Shown piece by piece: positions 21,659 to 31,028 of a stretch of 64,000 bases of DNA. Origin of the DNA: an uncultured Methanolobus sp. (GTDB lineage: Archaea; Halobacteriota; Methanosarcinia; Methanosarcinales; Methanosarcinaceae). The notes below the pieces were generated by a model. The model saw nothing but the letters and a program-made list of their open reading frames with translations. It did no database searches and had not been told where the DNA came from. The position numbers and the translations under genes are program-made. The DNA lies in contig OY776215.1 in assembly GCA_963675495.1 (NCBI GenBank), forward strand, positions 288,001 to 352,000, in the 5' to 3' direction. Within the stretch, counting starts at the first letter, position 1. Every line of letters starts with the position of its first letter.

Positions 21659-22063
21659 TCACTTCTCTTCAGCACCAAAATCTTTTAAGACCAATAGAGC
21701 TTCATCCGCTTTTTCTGTCTGCACAAATATGTGATCATGATAATACGCAGCCACTACATTTGCACTTATGCCATAAGATGCCAGTTTTGTTGCAACGGCC
21801 GCTGTTAAACCTACTGCATCCAGACTTGAATGGACTGTTAACGTGATCTGCTTAAATGTACTCTCATACGCTAATTGAGCTTTCTCTGCTGCTTCAACTG
21901 AAATTATTAAGCTTAAACCTTCTTTTTCCACAAAGCAAGCCAGTGGGCTCAAATGCGCATAATCAGAGTAGTTACCATCAACTGTACAAAACACATAGTC
22001 ACCACTTCGAATTTCAGGTTTCATGGATTTGAGCAACTCATCTAATTCAACAATTCCTACCAT
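21659..22063 (-). CDS. ACT domain protein (DUF2241 type)
   Basis: LLKSMKP, EKEGLSLI, ITLTVHSSLDAVGLTAAVA, SANVVAAYYHDHIFV. Confidence 0.9.
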   Translation of the reverse strand: MVGIVELDELLKSMKPEIRSGDYVFCTVDGNYSDYAHLSPLACFVEKEGLSLIISVEAAEKAQLAYESTFKQITLTVHSSLDAVGLTAAVATKLASYGISANVVAAYYHDHIFVQTEKADEALLVLKDFGAEEK

Positions 22064-22254
22064 TATTTATGTTCTCCTTTTTATTGCTAGTGTTTCATAG
22101 ACGGTGGTCCATATGTTACTTACCGGCAAAATAATCATCTTACAAAATTCAGGATAAGTTCCATTTTATTTTTGTACCATACAGAGTTCTTTCCACAGGA
22201 CAGTAGACTTTTTTGTTATATCTCATGCTGATTAGTTTAGCGTTTTTTCCATGT

Positions 22255-22450
22255 TTTGCGATGAAGGTTACAACGGATTCACGTTCTATCAATGAAGAAG
22301 AACTTTAAAGGCCTTCGTAATTATGGCTTCTCCGACGAAGACATCTGGGACATTGCGGGTCTTACTGCTTTCTATAACCTTTCTAATCGCATGATGAACT
22401 TTGCTGCAGTACGCCCTGATGACGAATTCTACATGATGGGTCGTCAATGA
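22255..22450 (+). pseudogene. C-terminal fragment of an AhpD/CMD-like peroxidase-related enzyme, frameshifted
   Basis: Manual translation: FAMKVTTDSRSINEE / +1 shift near 22301 / FKGLRNYGFSDEDIWDIAGLTAFYNLSNRMMNFAAVRPDDEFYMMGRQ*; N-terminal half absent. Confidence 0.8.
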
Positions 22451-22768
22451 TCTTACAGCTATGTGAATGAAAATCAAAATTCTAGCTATAAACTAAAAAG
22501 GAGATTTAATAATTTCCGTAAAAGCATCACTCACAATGCCTGTTACATAACAAACAACAAACACTTGTTTTGCACTTTGAGGATGAGGTTGACATCACAC
22601 TTCATTCCTTTATCTTTTCATTTGACATATAAAGGAACCTTTATTTAATATGTGTTGGCTAAATACTTTTGATAGATATCTCCTCTCCCACTACGGATGA
22701 AAACCAGAACTCAGGGACTATCGGAATTTAAAATCGCTGAAATAATCGTCCATTCAGGAAAGAAAATC

Positions 22769-23380
22769 ATGAACAAAATTCTTATTATTTTTGCCCATCC
22801 GGCAAAATCACATTCAAAAATCAATAACAATCTTCGTGCTGCTGTTGAAGGTCTTGAAAATGTAACCCTTAATGACCTTTATGCAAACTATCCGGATTTT
22901 CTGATCGATGTCAAAAGAGAACAAAGTCTCTGCGAAGATCATGATGTCATTATCTTCCAGCATCCATTCTATTGGTACTCAACTCCGTCAATTATAAAGG
23001 AATGGCTTGATCTGGTGCTTGAGTATGACTGGGCATATGGTTCAAAGGGCAATGCTCTTGAAGGGAAGCTTTTCCTGCAGGCTATCACGGCAGGTGGTGA
23101 CGCCAGTACCTACCAAAAAGATGGCTTTAATATCTTTACGATCAGGGAACTTACCACGCCATATTGCGCTATGGCAAAGCTATGCAAAATGAACTGGCTC
23201 CCCCCATTCGCAGTTCTTGGTATTCACGGGGGTCTGTCTGATGAAGAAATAAAGGTTCATGTAGAGGACTATCGTCGTACCATCATTGCACTGCGAGACG
23301 GCACACTGGATATTGAAAAAGCAAAGCAAGGTCAATATCTCAACAGTGATCTAGACTCAATTATCAGGAGGACGGAATAA
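22769..23380 (+). CDS. KefF/KefG-like NAD(P)H oxidoreductase (flavodoxin-2 fold), K+ efflux ancillary protein
   Basis: [37 protein letters not shown]; stop overlaps the kefC start (TAATG). Confidence 0.92.
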   Translation: MNKILIIFAHPAKSHSKINNNLRAAVEGLENVTLNDLYANYPDFLIDVKREQSLCEDHDVIIFQHPFYWYSTPSIIKEWLDLVLEYDWAYGSKGNALEGKLFLQAITAGGDASTYQKDGFNIFTIRELTTPYCAMAKLCKMNWLPPFAVLGIHGGLSDEEIKVHVEDYRRTIIALRDGTLDIEKAKQGQYLNSDLDSIIRRTE

Positions 23381-25236
23381 TGGAAAATTTCCTATTTCAG
23401 CTCTTTATTTTCCTGGCAGCAGCATCCATTGCCGTTCCTATTGCCAAGAAACTGGGTCTTGGCTCAGTGCTTGGATATCTCATAGCAGGTATTATCATTG
23501 GACCCTTCGGCCTCTCTCTCATTGCTGACATTGAAGAAGTCATGCATTTCACGGAGTTTGGCGTAGTTATGATGCTTTTCCTGGTCGGACTCGAACTCAA
23601 ACCATCACTGCTCTGGCAGATGCGTACACCTATAGTGGGAATGGGGGGGATGCAGGTTGTTCTGTCGAGTATCATCATTTCAGGTATAGCCCTTATCTTT
23701 CTGCCCTGGCAACAGGCAGTAGCCATTGGTCTTACTCTCTCCCTTTCCTCTACAGCTATAGTTTTGCAGACCCTGCGGGAAAAAGGACTGATGAATACTT
23801 CTTCCGGAAGATCCATATTTTCGGTTCTCCTTTTTCAGGACCTAGCAGTCATTCCTATGCTTGCGGTTCTACCATTCCTGGCAACAATTGCCATACATGA
23901 CGACGGGCATTCTGAGGCAGCTCTCTTTAACATCAGTGCACTGCCTGAATACATGCAGATCATTATTACTCTTCTTGCAATCCTATCTATTTTCTTCCTC
24001 GGTAAATATGCAAGCAGACCAATATTCAGGACCATTGCAGCTACACGGGTTAGGGAAATCTTTGTTGCTGCCGCTCTGGCCCTTGTAGTTGGGATTTCGA
24101 TACTTATGACCACAGTTGGTTTGTCCCCTGCTCTTGGAACCTTCCTTGCCGGCGTTGTCCTGGCAGGCAGCGAATACCGCCACGAGCTTGAAAGTGATAT
24201 AGAACCATTTAAGGGCCTGCTACTGGGTATCTTCTTCATCTCCATTGGTGCCAGTCTCAACTTCACATTGATAGGGGAAGAGATCATGCTGATTGCAGGA
24301 CTTACTGCAGCTCTGATTGTTTTCAAATGGTTGGTCCTCGTAGGTACCGGCCTCATCTTTGGAATGGAGAAAAAAGACCTTTCATTCTTTGCTGTTGCTC
24401 TTGCCCAGGGAGGAGAATTCGCATTTGTCCTCTTCCAGTTTTCCAGGATCAACGGCGTATTGCCAAATCAAACCATAGAACCCCTTATTTCCGCAGTTGC
24501 AATCTCCATGTTCCTTACTCCTCTCCTCTTTCTAGTATATGAAAAGTTCAGTTCAAGTGCTCAGGGAGATGAAGAAGACCGGCGTGATTCAGACACAATC
24601 GATCATACCGGACACAAGGTCATTCTTGCCGGATTTGGACGTCTGGGGACTGACCTAGGTCGTTTCCTCATTTCTGCTGGTATCAAACCGGTCATTCTTG
24701 ATTATGATGCAGACAATGTGGATGTTCTGAGAAAATTCGGATTTGAGGTTTATTACGGAGATATTACACGACTTGACCTGCTTGAAGCCGCCGGAGCCGC
24801 TGAAGCCGAACTTTTGATAATCGCCATCGGTGATATAGAGAAATCAAGAAAGTTGATCGAATTGGCGGGTAAACACTATCCACACCTTAAAATAGCAGCT
24901 AATGCTTATGACCGTTCCTCTGCCTATGAGCTCATGGATATGGGAATAACTCATATTCGAAGGGAGACCTTTGGTAGTGCCCTGTCGCTTGGACAGGATT
25001 CCTTGCAACTTCTTGGCTTCGATCCTTATGAAGCACATAAATTGATGCGTATTTTCAGGAAAAAAGATAAAGAGACGATGCCTGAATTACACAAAATATG
25101 CCATAAAGATGAGGACAGTTACATATCAATGTATCAGAAGCATAATGAAGATCTTGAGGAATTAATGGCGCTCGATCTGAACTTGGACATGAAAGAAATT
25201 GATAAAGCCTGGACTGCTGCAAATCCGGAAAAATAA
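23380..25236 (+). CDS. kefC: KefC/KefB-type K+/H+ antiporter (CPA2 + KTN/RCK domain)
   Basis: [29 protein letters not shown], regulatory loop [32 protein letters not shown]. Confidence 0.93.
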   Translation: MENFLFQLFIFLAAASIAVPIAKKLGLGSVLGYLIAGIIIGPFGLSLIADIEEVMHFTEFGVVMMLFLVGLELKPSLLWQMRTPIVGMGGMQVVLSSIIISGIALIFLPWQQAVAIGLTLSLSSTAIVLQTLREKGLMNTSSGRSIFSVLLFQDLAVIPMLAVLPFLATIAIHDDGHSEAALFNISALPEYMQIIITLLAILSIFFLGKYASRPIFRTIAATRVREIFVAAALALVVGISILMTTVGLSPALGTFLAGVVLAGSEYRHELESDIEPFKGLLLGIFFISIGASLNFTLIGEEIMLIAGLTAALIVFKWLVLVGTGLIFGMEKKDLSFFAVALAQGGEFAFVLFQFSRINGVLPNQTIEPLISAVAISMFLTPLLFLVYEKFSSSAQGDEEDRRDSDTIDHTGHKVILAGFGRLGTDLGRFLISAGIKPVILDYDADNVDVLRKFGFEVYYGDITRLDLLEAAGAAEAELLIIAIGDIEKSRKLIELAGKHYPHLKIAANAYDRSSAYELMDMGITHIRRETFGSALSLGQDSLQLLGFDPYEAHKLMRIFRKKDKETMPELHKICHKDEDSYISMYQKHNEDLEELMALDLNLDMKEIDKAWTAANPEK

Positions 25237-25282
25237 TGAGATATCGGGAAACCCAGAAGGGCTTTATTTTGAGACCATGAAC

Positions 25283-25346
25283 GCATTCATATATCTCTGA
25301 AATTTCAGCAGCTTAATGCAGTTGATTTCAGAGGATATATGCATGC
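25283..25346. other. Long imperfect hairpin downstream of kefC
   Basis: GCATTCATATATCTCTGAAAT...ATTTCAGAGGATATATGCATGC arms with an inner TCAGC/GTTGA stem, followed by T-rich sequence. Confidence 0.55.
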
Positions 25347-25580
25347 TAACAGATTTGATTTTTTATAGATTTTTACTTTTTTTATTATAAACATGTTAAT
25401 CGTTTCCCAATTATTTTCCATAATTTTATTGCAGTATACTTTTTGTAAGTGACTATTTAGAAGATCTGTATATATTATATGTATTATTGGGTGTATTTTA
25501 ATAGTGCAGAAGACGATTCATTAGATTTGATTACTTAAAAAGTATAGATAATGAAAAACTACATAACAGGAAGTGCAATC

Positions 25581-26393
25581 ATGAACAAGACCATATTAAT
25601 AACGGGGAGTACGGACGGTATTGGAAAACTTACTGCTACCAATCTAGCAAAAGAAGGACATTCTGTTTATATTCATGGAAGAAATCCAGAAAAGCTTTCT
25701 GAAGCAATTTCTGAAATCAAAGAGATAACAGGCAATGAAAATGTTGAAGGGTTTTTAGCAGATTTCTCTGATCTGGATTCTGTAAAACAAATGGCTGAAG
25801 ACATTAAAGCCAAAATTACAAAGATCGATGTTTTGATCAATAATGCTGGTGTTTTTAAAAGTCCTGTAGCAGACAATCAAGATGGTCTTGATCTTAGAAT
25901 GGTTGTAAATTATTTAGCCCCGTATTTACTGACGCATGAATTGATCTCTTTGTTAGGCAAAGGATCTCGTATTGTAAATTTAAGTTCAGCTGCACAATCG
26001 CCTGTCTCACATGAGGTATTACTAGGTAATGTAAAAAGATCTGATGATGAGACTTATGCGCAAAGTAAACTGGCACTAACTATGTGGAGTTTCTATCTGG
26101 CTGAGAAAATCTCTGTTGCTGAAGTTTCAGTGATCGCTGTAAATCCAGGATCATTGCTTAATACAAAAATGGCAAACGAAGCTTACGGACAACACTGGTC
26201 TTCAGCAGATAAAGGTGCAAATATTTTGCATAATCTGGCAGTTTCAAAAGATTATGATGGCATTACTGGAAAGTATTTTGATAATGATAAGGGAACTTTT
26301 GGAATGGCACATCCAGATGCTTACGATAAAACAAAAATTACCGATCTTATGGATGTAACTGATAACCTGCTTAATTTGGAGAAACAAAAATGA
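25581..26393 (+). CDS. Short-chain dehydrogenase/reductase (retinol-dehydrogenase-like)
   Basis: TGSTDGIG, NNAG, LSS, YAQSK. Confidence 0.94.
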   Translation: MNKTILITGSTDGIGKLTATNLAKEGHSVYIHGRNPEKLSEAISEIKEITGNENVEGFLADFSDLDSVKQMAEDIKAKITKIDVLINNAGVFKSPVADNQDGLDLRMVVNYLAPYLLTHELISLLGKGSRIVNLSSAAQSPVSHEVLLGNVKRSDDETYAQSKLALTMWSFYLAEKISVAEVSVIAVNPGSLLNTKMANEAYGQHWSSADKGANILHNLAVSKDYDGITGKYFDNDKGTFGMAHPDAYDKTKITDLMDVTDNLLNLEKQK

Positions 26394-27265
26394 ATTATAC
26401 CGGACCTGTCTACAGACCTCCTTATGAGGCAAACAGTTTGTTACTTCAAGTAACAGTAGGATGTGCTCATAATAAGTGTGTTTTTTGTACAATGTATAAA
26501 GATGTTCAATTCTCTATTGAGCCTCTGGAACAAATTGAAAGAGATCTTCAAGAAGCAAAGCAACAATATGGCAATGTTAAAAGAGTATTTTTGGTAAATG
26601 GAGATGCATTTGTATTATCTGCCCGTCGCCTTAAACCTATAGCAGAATTGATTATAAAATATTTCCCTGATGTTGAAGTCATTACTATGTATGCTTCGAT
26701 TTCAAATGTCAAAGCTAAAACTGATGAAGAACTTCATGAATTGCGTGAATTGAAAATAAACGATCTGTGGATGGGTCTGGAATCCGGAAATGAAGAAACT
26801 CTCAAGTACATGAATAAGGGTTTCGCTCTTAAAGATTCATACGAGCAATTAGAAAGATTGAATAAAGCTGGGATAAGGCATATTGACATTTTCATATTCG
26901 GAGCAGCAGGCAGAGGCAAAGGTATTCAAAATGCAATTGATAATGCGAAATTGATCAATGCAACAAGACCTTCCGGCATATCAATAACTACTATGGGTGC
27001 TTTCGGAGATAGTCAATTAGCAAAAGATGCTGAAAATGGCAAATTTATACCAGCAACTGAATTGGAAGTTCTTGAAGAACAGAAAAAACTCATTGAGCTG
27101 GTAGAAGTTGAAAGTGCATATTTAGGCATACATGGCATTAATACAGTTACTTTTGATGCGATGCTTCCAAGAGATAGAGACAAAGCTATTAAGAAAATAG
27201 ATAATGCAATTGAAACATTAGATGATGAGTTCTTAAATAGTGTACCAAAACGTCATGCAATTTAA
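26390..27265 (+). CDS. Radical SAM protein
   Basis: YRPPYEANSLLLQVTVGCAHNKCVFCTMYK, GLESG; overlaps the SDR stop. Confidence 0.9.
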   Translation: MNYTGPVYRPPYEANSLLLQVTVGCAHNKCVFCTMYKDVQFSIEPLEQIERDLQEAKQQYGNVKRVFLVNGDAFVLSARRLKPIAELIIKYFPDVEVITMYASISNVKAKTDEELHELRELKINDLWMGLESGNEETLKYMNKGFALKDSYEQLERLNKAGIRHIDIFIFGAAGRGKGIQNAIDNAKLINATRPSGISITTMGAFGDSQLAKDAENGKFIPATELEVLEEQKKLIELVEVESAYLGIHGINTVTFDAMLPRDRDKAIKKIDNAIETLDDEFLNSVPKRHAI

Positions 27266-27432
27266 AGCATATTTAGAAGAATGATGAATAATGAGTATTT
27301 CATCCGGATAAGCTCGTGATCTTAGTAAGCTTCCCTATACTCCTGAAAGGCACGACTTAGAGGATGTCAGATAAAAAAGACTGGGTCTTTCTCACTCTGA
27401 TTAGAATTATTCTAGAAAAATAGAAAAAAAAA

Positions 27433-27456
27433 GGGAAACCAAAAATTTGGTTTCCC
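27433..27456 (-). terminator. Hairpin plus T-run downstream of TRAM gene 1
   Basis: GGGAAACCAAA..TTTGGTTTCCC followed on the minus strand by a T9 run. Confidence 0.7.
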
Positions 27457-27489
27457 GATTAGATGTTAAATTAGTTAGTAACTCTGAGA

Positions 27490-27693
27490 TTAAGCAAGTT
27501 CGCCAAATGCGAATTTACTCATTACTTTTGTTACTTTGATTGTTACTTCGTCGCCGACCTTTGTTTCGGGGACAAAGACTACAAATCCGCTGACTCTTGC
27601 GATTCCGTCGCCTTCTCTTGCGATATCTTCAATTGTCACATCATAAGTTTCCCCAGCTTCTACCGGAGCATCTGACTGCATTTTATTAAACAA
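27490..27693 (-). CDS. Stand-alone TRAM domain RNA chaperone (cold-shock type)
   Basis: APVEAGETYDVTIEDIAREGDGIARVSGFVVFVP..KVGDEVTIKVTKV..KFAFGE; TTG start at 27693 aligns with the ATG of the paralogue at 55639. Confidence 0.93.
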   Translation of the reverse strand: MFNKMQSDAPVEAGETYDVTIEDIAREGDGIARVSGFVVFVPETKVGDEVTIKVTKVMSKFAFGELA

Positions 27694-28037
27694 ATATTTC
27701 ACGTCCTTATTGATTAGCTTAAAAAGAAACACATAATTTGGTTAAAATATGGAAAAACAGTAAATTTGAATAAACAAATACTATCTGAACCTATAATTAG
27801 CAAACCAGTTTAAACCTCTAAAAGCACATGTAGTATACTAAGGATACTATATAAAGTTGTTCTTCGGAACCTATATATCATAAATAAAATATATAATATG
27901 TGTTGCAGGTGGAGTGCCTGGAAGTACTGGAATGAGTGCTCAAAAATCGTGTATCTGATTAACAAGTTTATGCCTTTTTAATCATCAAGAAATAGTCATA
28001 AAGCTTGCTAAAAGGCAAAAATTGGCATTTTCCCATT

Positions 28038-29300
28038 TTACTTTTTCGTCAGGAATGCCAGTGCGAGTATTGCAGAACAGAACAATGCACTAAATCCATT
28101 CATTGTAGTGCTATTTTCCTCGCTTTTAGCAGAAGGATAACTCACACTTTGCATTCCAATATCCTCCTCTGTGTATTCACCTTTAAAGCTCTCCATTTGA
28201 TCGTCCCATTCCTCGTCCCCAAGATCCACAACAGTTCCCGCATAGCCATCCTGGACAGTGAGCTTTTCACCTTTATAGAGATCAATGATCTCATTAGAGG
28301 TTGTTACTTTAACAATCCCATCCTGAACGTAGATGCTGTCAACAGACAGGTCAGGATCGTGTAAAACTGTAAACTCAGTCCCCTTAACCCCTATCACGGT
28401 TTTGGGAGTGGTAACGAAAAGATACGTTCCACTCAATTTCTGTATTCTTGCCCAGACTCCACCAAAAAAGAGTTTGATAACCCTGATGTTTTCATTTGGT
28501 TCTTCCTCCTCAACTTGCGTAGATATCTCGACGAACGATCTTTCTTCCATCCTGATACGGGATCTGCCATCATCAAAATTCAAAGTTACCTTTGCTCCCC
28601 TCAGTGTCTTTATTTGGTCACCTTGGTGTATCCCGTTCTTTTCATTGATCTTTTCCCATTTGTCAGACCACGGATGCAGTACTTCCACCCGTCCTTCAAT
28701 TGATTCGACAATTCCAACAACTTCTGTGATACTAACCTTCGGAGCTGAGATGTAGGTTTCATCAACATATGCTTTTGAATGTTGTTCAAGAACAGATGCT
28801 ATCCCGTAATTCGAATGATCCACAATTGAAATGACAATATTATGATACTTGAAAACTATAAGCTGGAACTTGATGTTATTAATTTGAGCATCATAAGCGA
28901 TCCTGTCAAACTGCATCCCGCTCTCAGCGGCTTTCACATCTGTTCCATAGAATCCGGATTCCACACCTTCTATCAGTTCTGCCTGACGAAGCTGGAAATA
29001 ACTGTTTGCATGAGCTTCAGAGAAAAGATTTGCCATGGCGATCTCATAACCATATCCAGATTCATCACCGTAAACAAATACAAGCTCTTCACCGATGAGC
29101 TCTCCATTTGCATCCTGCAGTCCACAGCTTGTTTCCGACCCCAGCTCAAAACCATAAATACTTTCCGGGGAATCCGCAGCATTGCACGCCGGGGTAATAC
29201 AAAGGAAAAGGAAGAATATGAGGGCTATTTTGCAGATTTCAGGTTGTAATAATCGCTTACTTAGAAAAGTCCAATTACCATATTTTCCGGTAGATAGCAT
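28038..29300 (-). CDS. Exported FecR-domain protein with PGF-CTERM-like tail
   Basis: Signal-like hydrophobic stretch; GDQIKT....VTLNFDDG.S.I; G.VWARI; TPKTVIGVKGTEF; VQDGIVKV; ends MNGFSALFCSAILALAFLTKK; exact start uncertain. Confidence 0.8.
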   Translation of the reverse strand: MLSTGKYGNWTFLSKRLLQPEICKIALIFFLFLCITPACNAADSPESIYGFELGSETSCGLQDANGELIGEELVFVYGDESGYGYEIAMANLFSEAHANSYFQLRQAELIEGVESGFYGTDVKAAESGMQFDRIAYDAQINNIKFQLIVFKYHNIVISIVDHSNYGIASVLEQHSKAYVDETYISAPKVSITEVVGIVESIEGRVEVLHPWSDKWEKINEKNGIHQGDQIKTLRGAKVTLNFDDGRSRIRMEERSFVEISTQVEEEEPNENIRVIKLFFGGVWARIQKLSGTYLFVTTPKTVIGVKGTEFTVLHDPDLSVDSIYVQDGIVKVTTSNEIIDLYKGEKLTVQDGYAGTVVDLGDEEWDDQMESFKGEYTEEDIGMQSVSYPSAKSEENSTTMNGFSALFCSAILALAFLTKK

Positions 29301-29531
29301 AATTGGTCTTTGTCCCTAACATTTAAGAGAATTACGATAAGATCACATAAATTAAAGGATACGTTTTCTCAAAAGGTACACTCCACTATATGAAACAAAA
29401 TACGAAGGCAGGTAAGCCTTTTACACTCAATGCACCTGTGAGAGAACGATTGGAAATGTGGAGTGGGTGTTGAAGAAAATATATTTTGTGAAATAGGAAA
29501 TTAAAAAAATAAAAGAAATAGTACTTCCTCT

Positions 29532-30323
29532 TCAATCAAGGCCTCTTTTACCAGGAATTATGCTTTCTTCAACTGGTTTTCCATAGGGACATATCAAGTT
29601 GCATATTGTACACTCCATGAATCCCCTTTCTGTTATACGACGTATGTGTTTCTCATTTTGAGGAGAAATGTCTTTGTCAAATTCATGGGAAACTACACAT
29701 TTGTCGTAAATGACTTTCTTTCCAGGTTCTACCCCTTGGGAAGGGCCGGGAATGATAGCCTGATAGGGACAACTTTTAACACACAGAGACTGTTCCTGAC
29801 AAAGTGGTTGTTCTGCACACAGATCCCGTTCAAAAGGTTCATCGGGCTCAAGTTCTGCATCTGTTAATACTGTTACCCACCTAACTCTTGGTCCATATTC
29901 AGGAGTTATAACCTGAGTATTATGTCCTATAAATCCCAATCCTGCAAGATATGCAGCAACCTTTTCATGAACTGCATGGGATGGAACCGCTTTGTATCCC
30001 TTTTCAGTTAACCAAGAAATCAAACGCCATGCACGGGTTTCGGTTACTTCGTAGTACAAATTGTAATAGTCAGCTTCCCCTCCAGAGAAATCCCCCGTAC
30101 TTACAGATGATATCGCTGCATTTAGGCCTTCGTCCCAGAGAACTAAACCCATTACAAATGCAGATTTAGCTTCAGGCATTACTTCAGAGGGCCTAACCAT
30201 CCCTCTATCAGTCGGGAAATCAACCTTTTCCAGTTTTTTGATATCTGAAACACCAAAAAGTTGGAAACCTTCTTGGAAAGCACGGTCTTGAATTTCTTCT
30301 TTTAAGGTCATTTTATCCTCCAT
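29532..30323 (-). CDS. Epoxyqueuosine-reductase-like (QueG/RdhA-fold) Fe-S protein
   Basis: RPSEVMPEAKS, AYLAGLGFIG....ITPEYGPRVRWVTVLTD, CVKSCP, CTICNLICPYG. Confidence 0.8.
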   Translation of the reverse strand: MEDKMTLKEEIQDRAFQEGFQLFGVSDIKKLEKVDFPTDRGMVRPSEVMPEAKSAFVMGLVLWDEGLNAAISSVSTGDFSGGEADYYNLYYEVTETRAWRLISWLTEKGYKAVPSHAVHEKVAAYLAGLGFIGHNTQVITPEYGPRVRWVTVLTDAELEPDEPFERDLCAEQPLCQEQSLCVKSCPYQAIIPGPSQGVEPGKKVIYDKCVVSHEFDKDISPQNEKHIRRITERGFMECTICNLICPYGKPVEESIIPGKRGLD

Positions 30324-30392
30324 TTTCCCATCACAAGTATTCTAACAGAAAATAAAGCTATATCAACAGGATATTTTGTGTCAACTATATAT

Positions 30393-30881
30393 AAACCTTA
30401 TGCAAGTAGCAATTTCCAATGGCATAAGCGATTATGGGAAGACATTCTCAGGGTTCATTTCCATCCTGAAGAGCTGCCTGATGTGTTAGAGAATAGACTA
30501 CAATACAGGAGATGAACTACAAGGAAGGGAATACTGGAAGCCATTAAGTGATGTGTTCCTTGATTACATCGACCATCCTGAAGCTAAATTTGAAGGGGAT
30601 ACTGGGATTTTGAAAAGAAGGAATCTCAAACCCAATGGATGCGTGTATATAGGCAAAGAAGCAACAAGGTTGAAATGCAGGAGCTTGAGAGCAACACTGT
30701 TGAGATGTATCATGATACTGAAAAGATACGGGAGTTTGTTCTGGGTTTAACACCTGCTGAAGCTAGGGAGATTGGAATAAAGTATAGGAGTACATTGAAG
30801 AAATTAAAGGATAGGGTGAGAGAGGATGCCTTCAATATGAATACGAAGGAGATGAGGAAAGTATTGGGATATTTACCTTGA
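30393..30881 (+). pseudogene. Decayed C-terminus of a mobile-element family B DNA polymerase (casposon-type PolB)
   Basis: Stitched translation: WHKRLWEDILRVHF.. / IDYNTGDELQGREYWKPLSDVFLDYIDHPEAKFEGDTGILKRRNL..YIGKEA / 1-nt frameshift near 30664 / NKVEMQ...REIGIKYRSTLKKLK; the HPE.K..G..G.L.RR...IGKE motif is recalled from casposon PolB C-termini. Confidence 0.65.
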
Positions 30882-30960
30882 ACAATTATGTCATAGAAAT
30901 ATTATATATGTTTAACTTCCCAAAAAATAAGTATTAATAGGTATGAATAACCTATATTAT

Positions 30961-30980
30961 TAATTAATTAATTAATTAAT
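30961..30980. repeat. (TAAT)5 self-complementary short tandem repeat upstream of a regulator gene
   Basis: taattaattaattaattaat, about 50 nt upstream of the 31029 start. Confidence 0.7.
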
Positions 30981-31028
30981 TTAAGATGATGCATGTAATA
31001 TTAGTGACTTGGATAGGACGTGAAGTGA

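Noticed and set aside
22289-22648. Small ORFs 22289..22477 (-) and 22463..22648 (+)
   Set aside because: The first is the antisense shadow of the AhpD-like remnant; the second has no coding features.
23397-24452. Long antisense ORFs (139 and 205 aa) within kefC
   Set aside because: Shadow frames of a well-supported gene; the same applies to the other antisense ORFs in the track.
30900-30925. Possible casposon terminal inverted repeat after the PolB relic
   Set aside because: No matching inverted partner found; similarity to known TIRs is too weak to claim.
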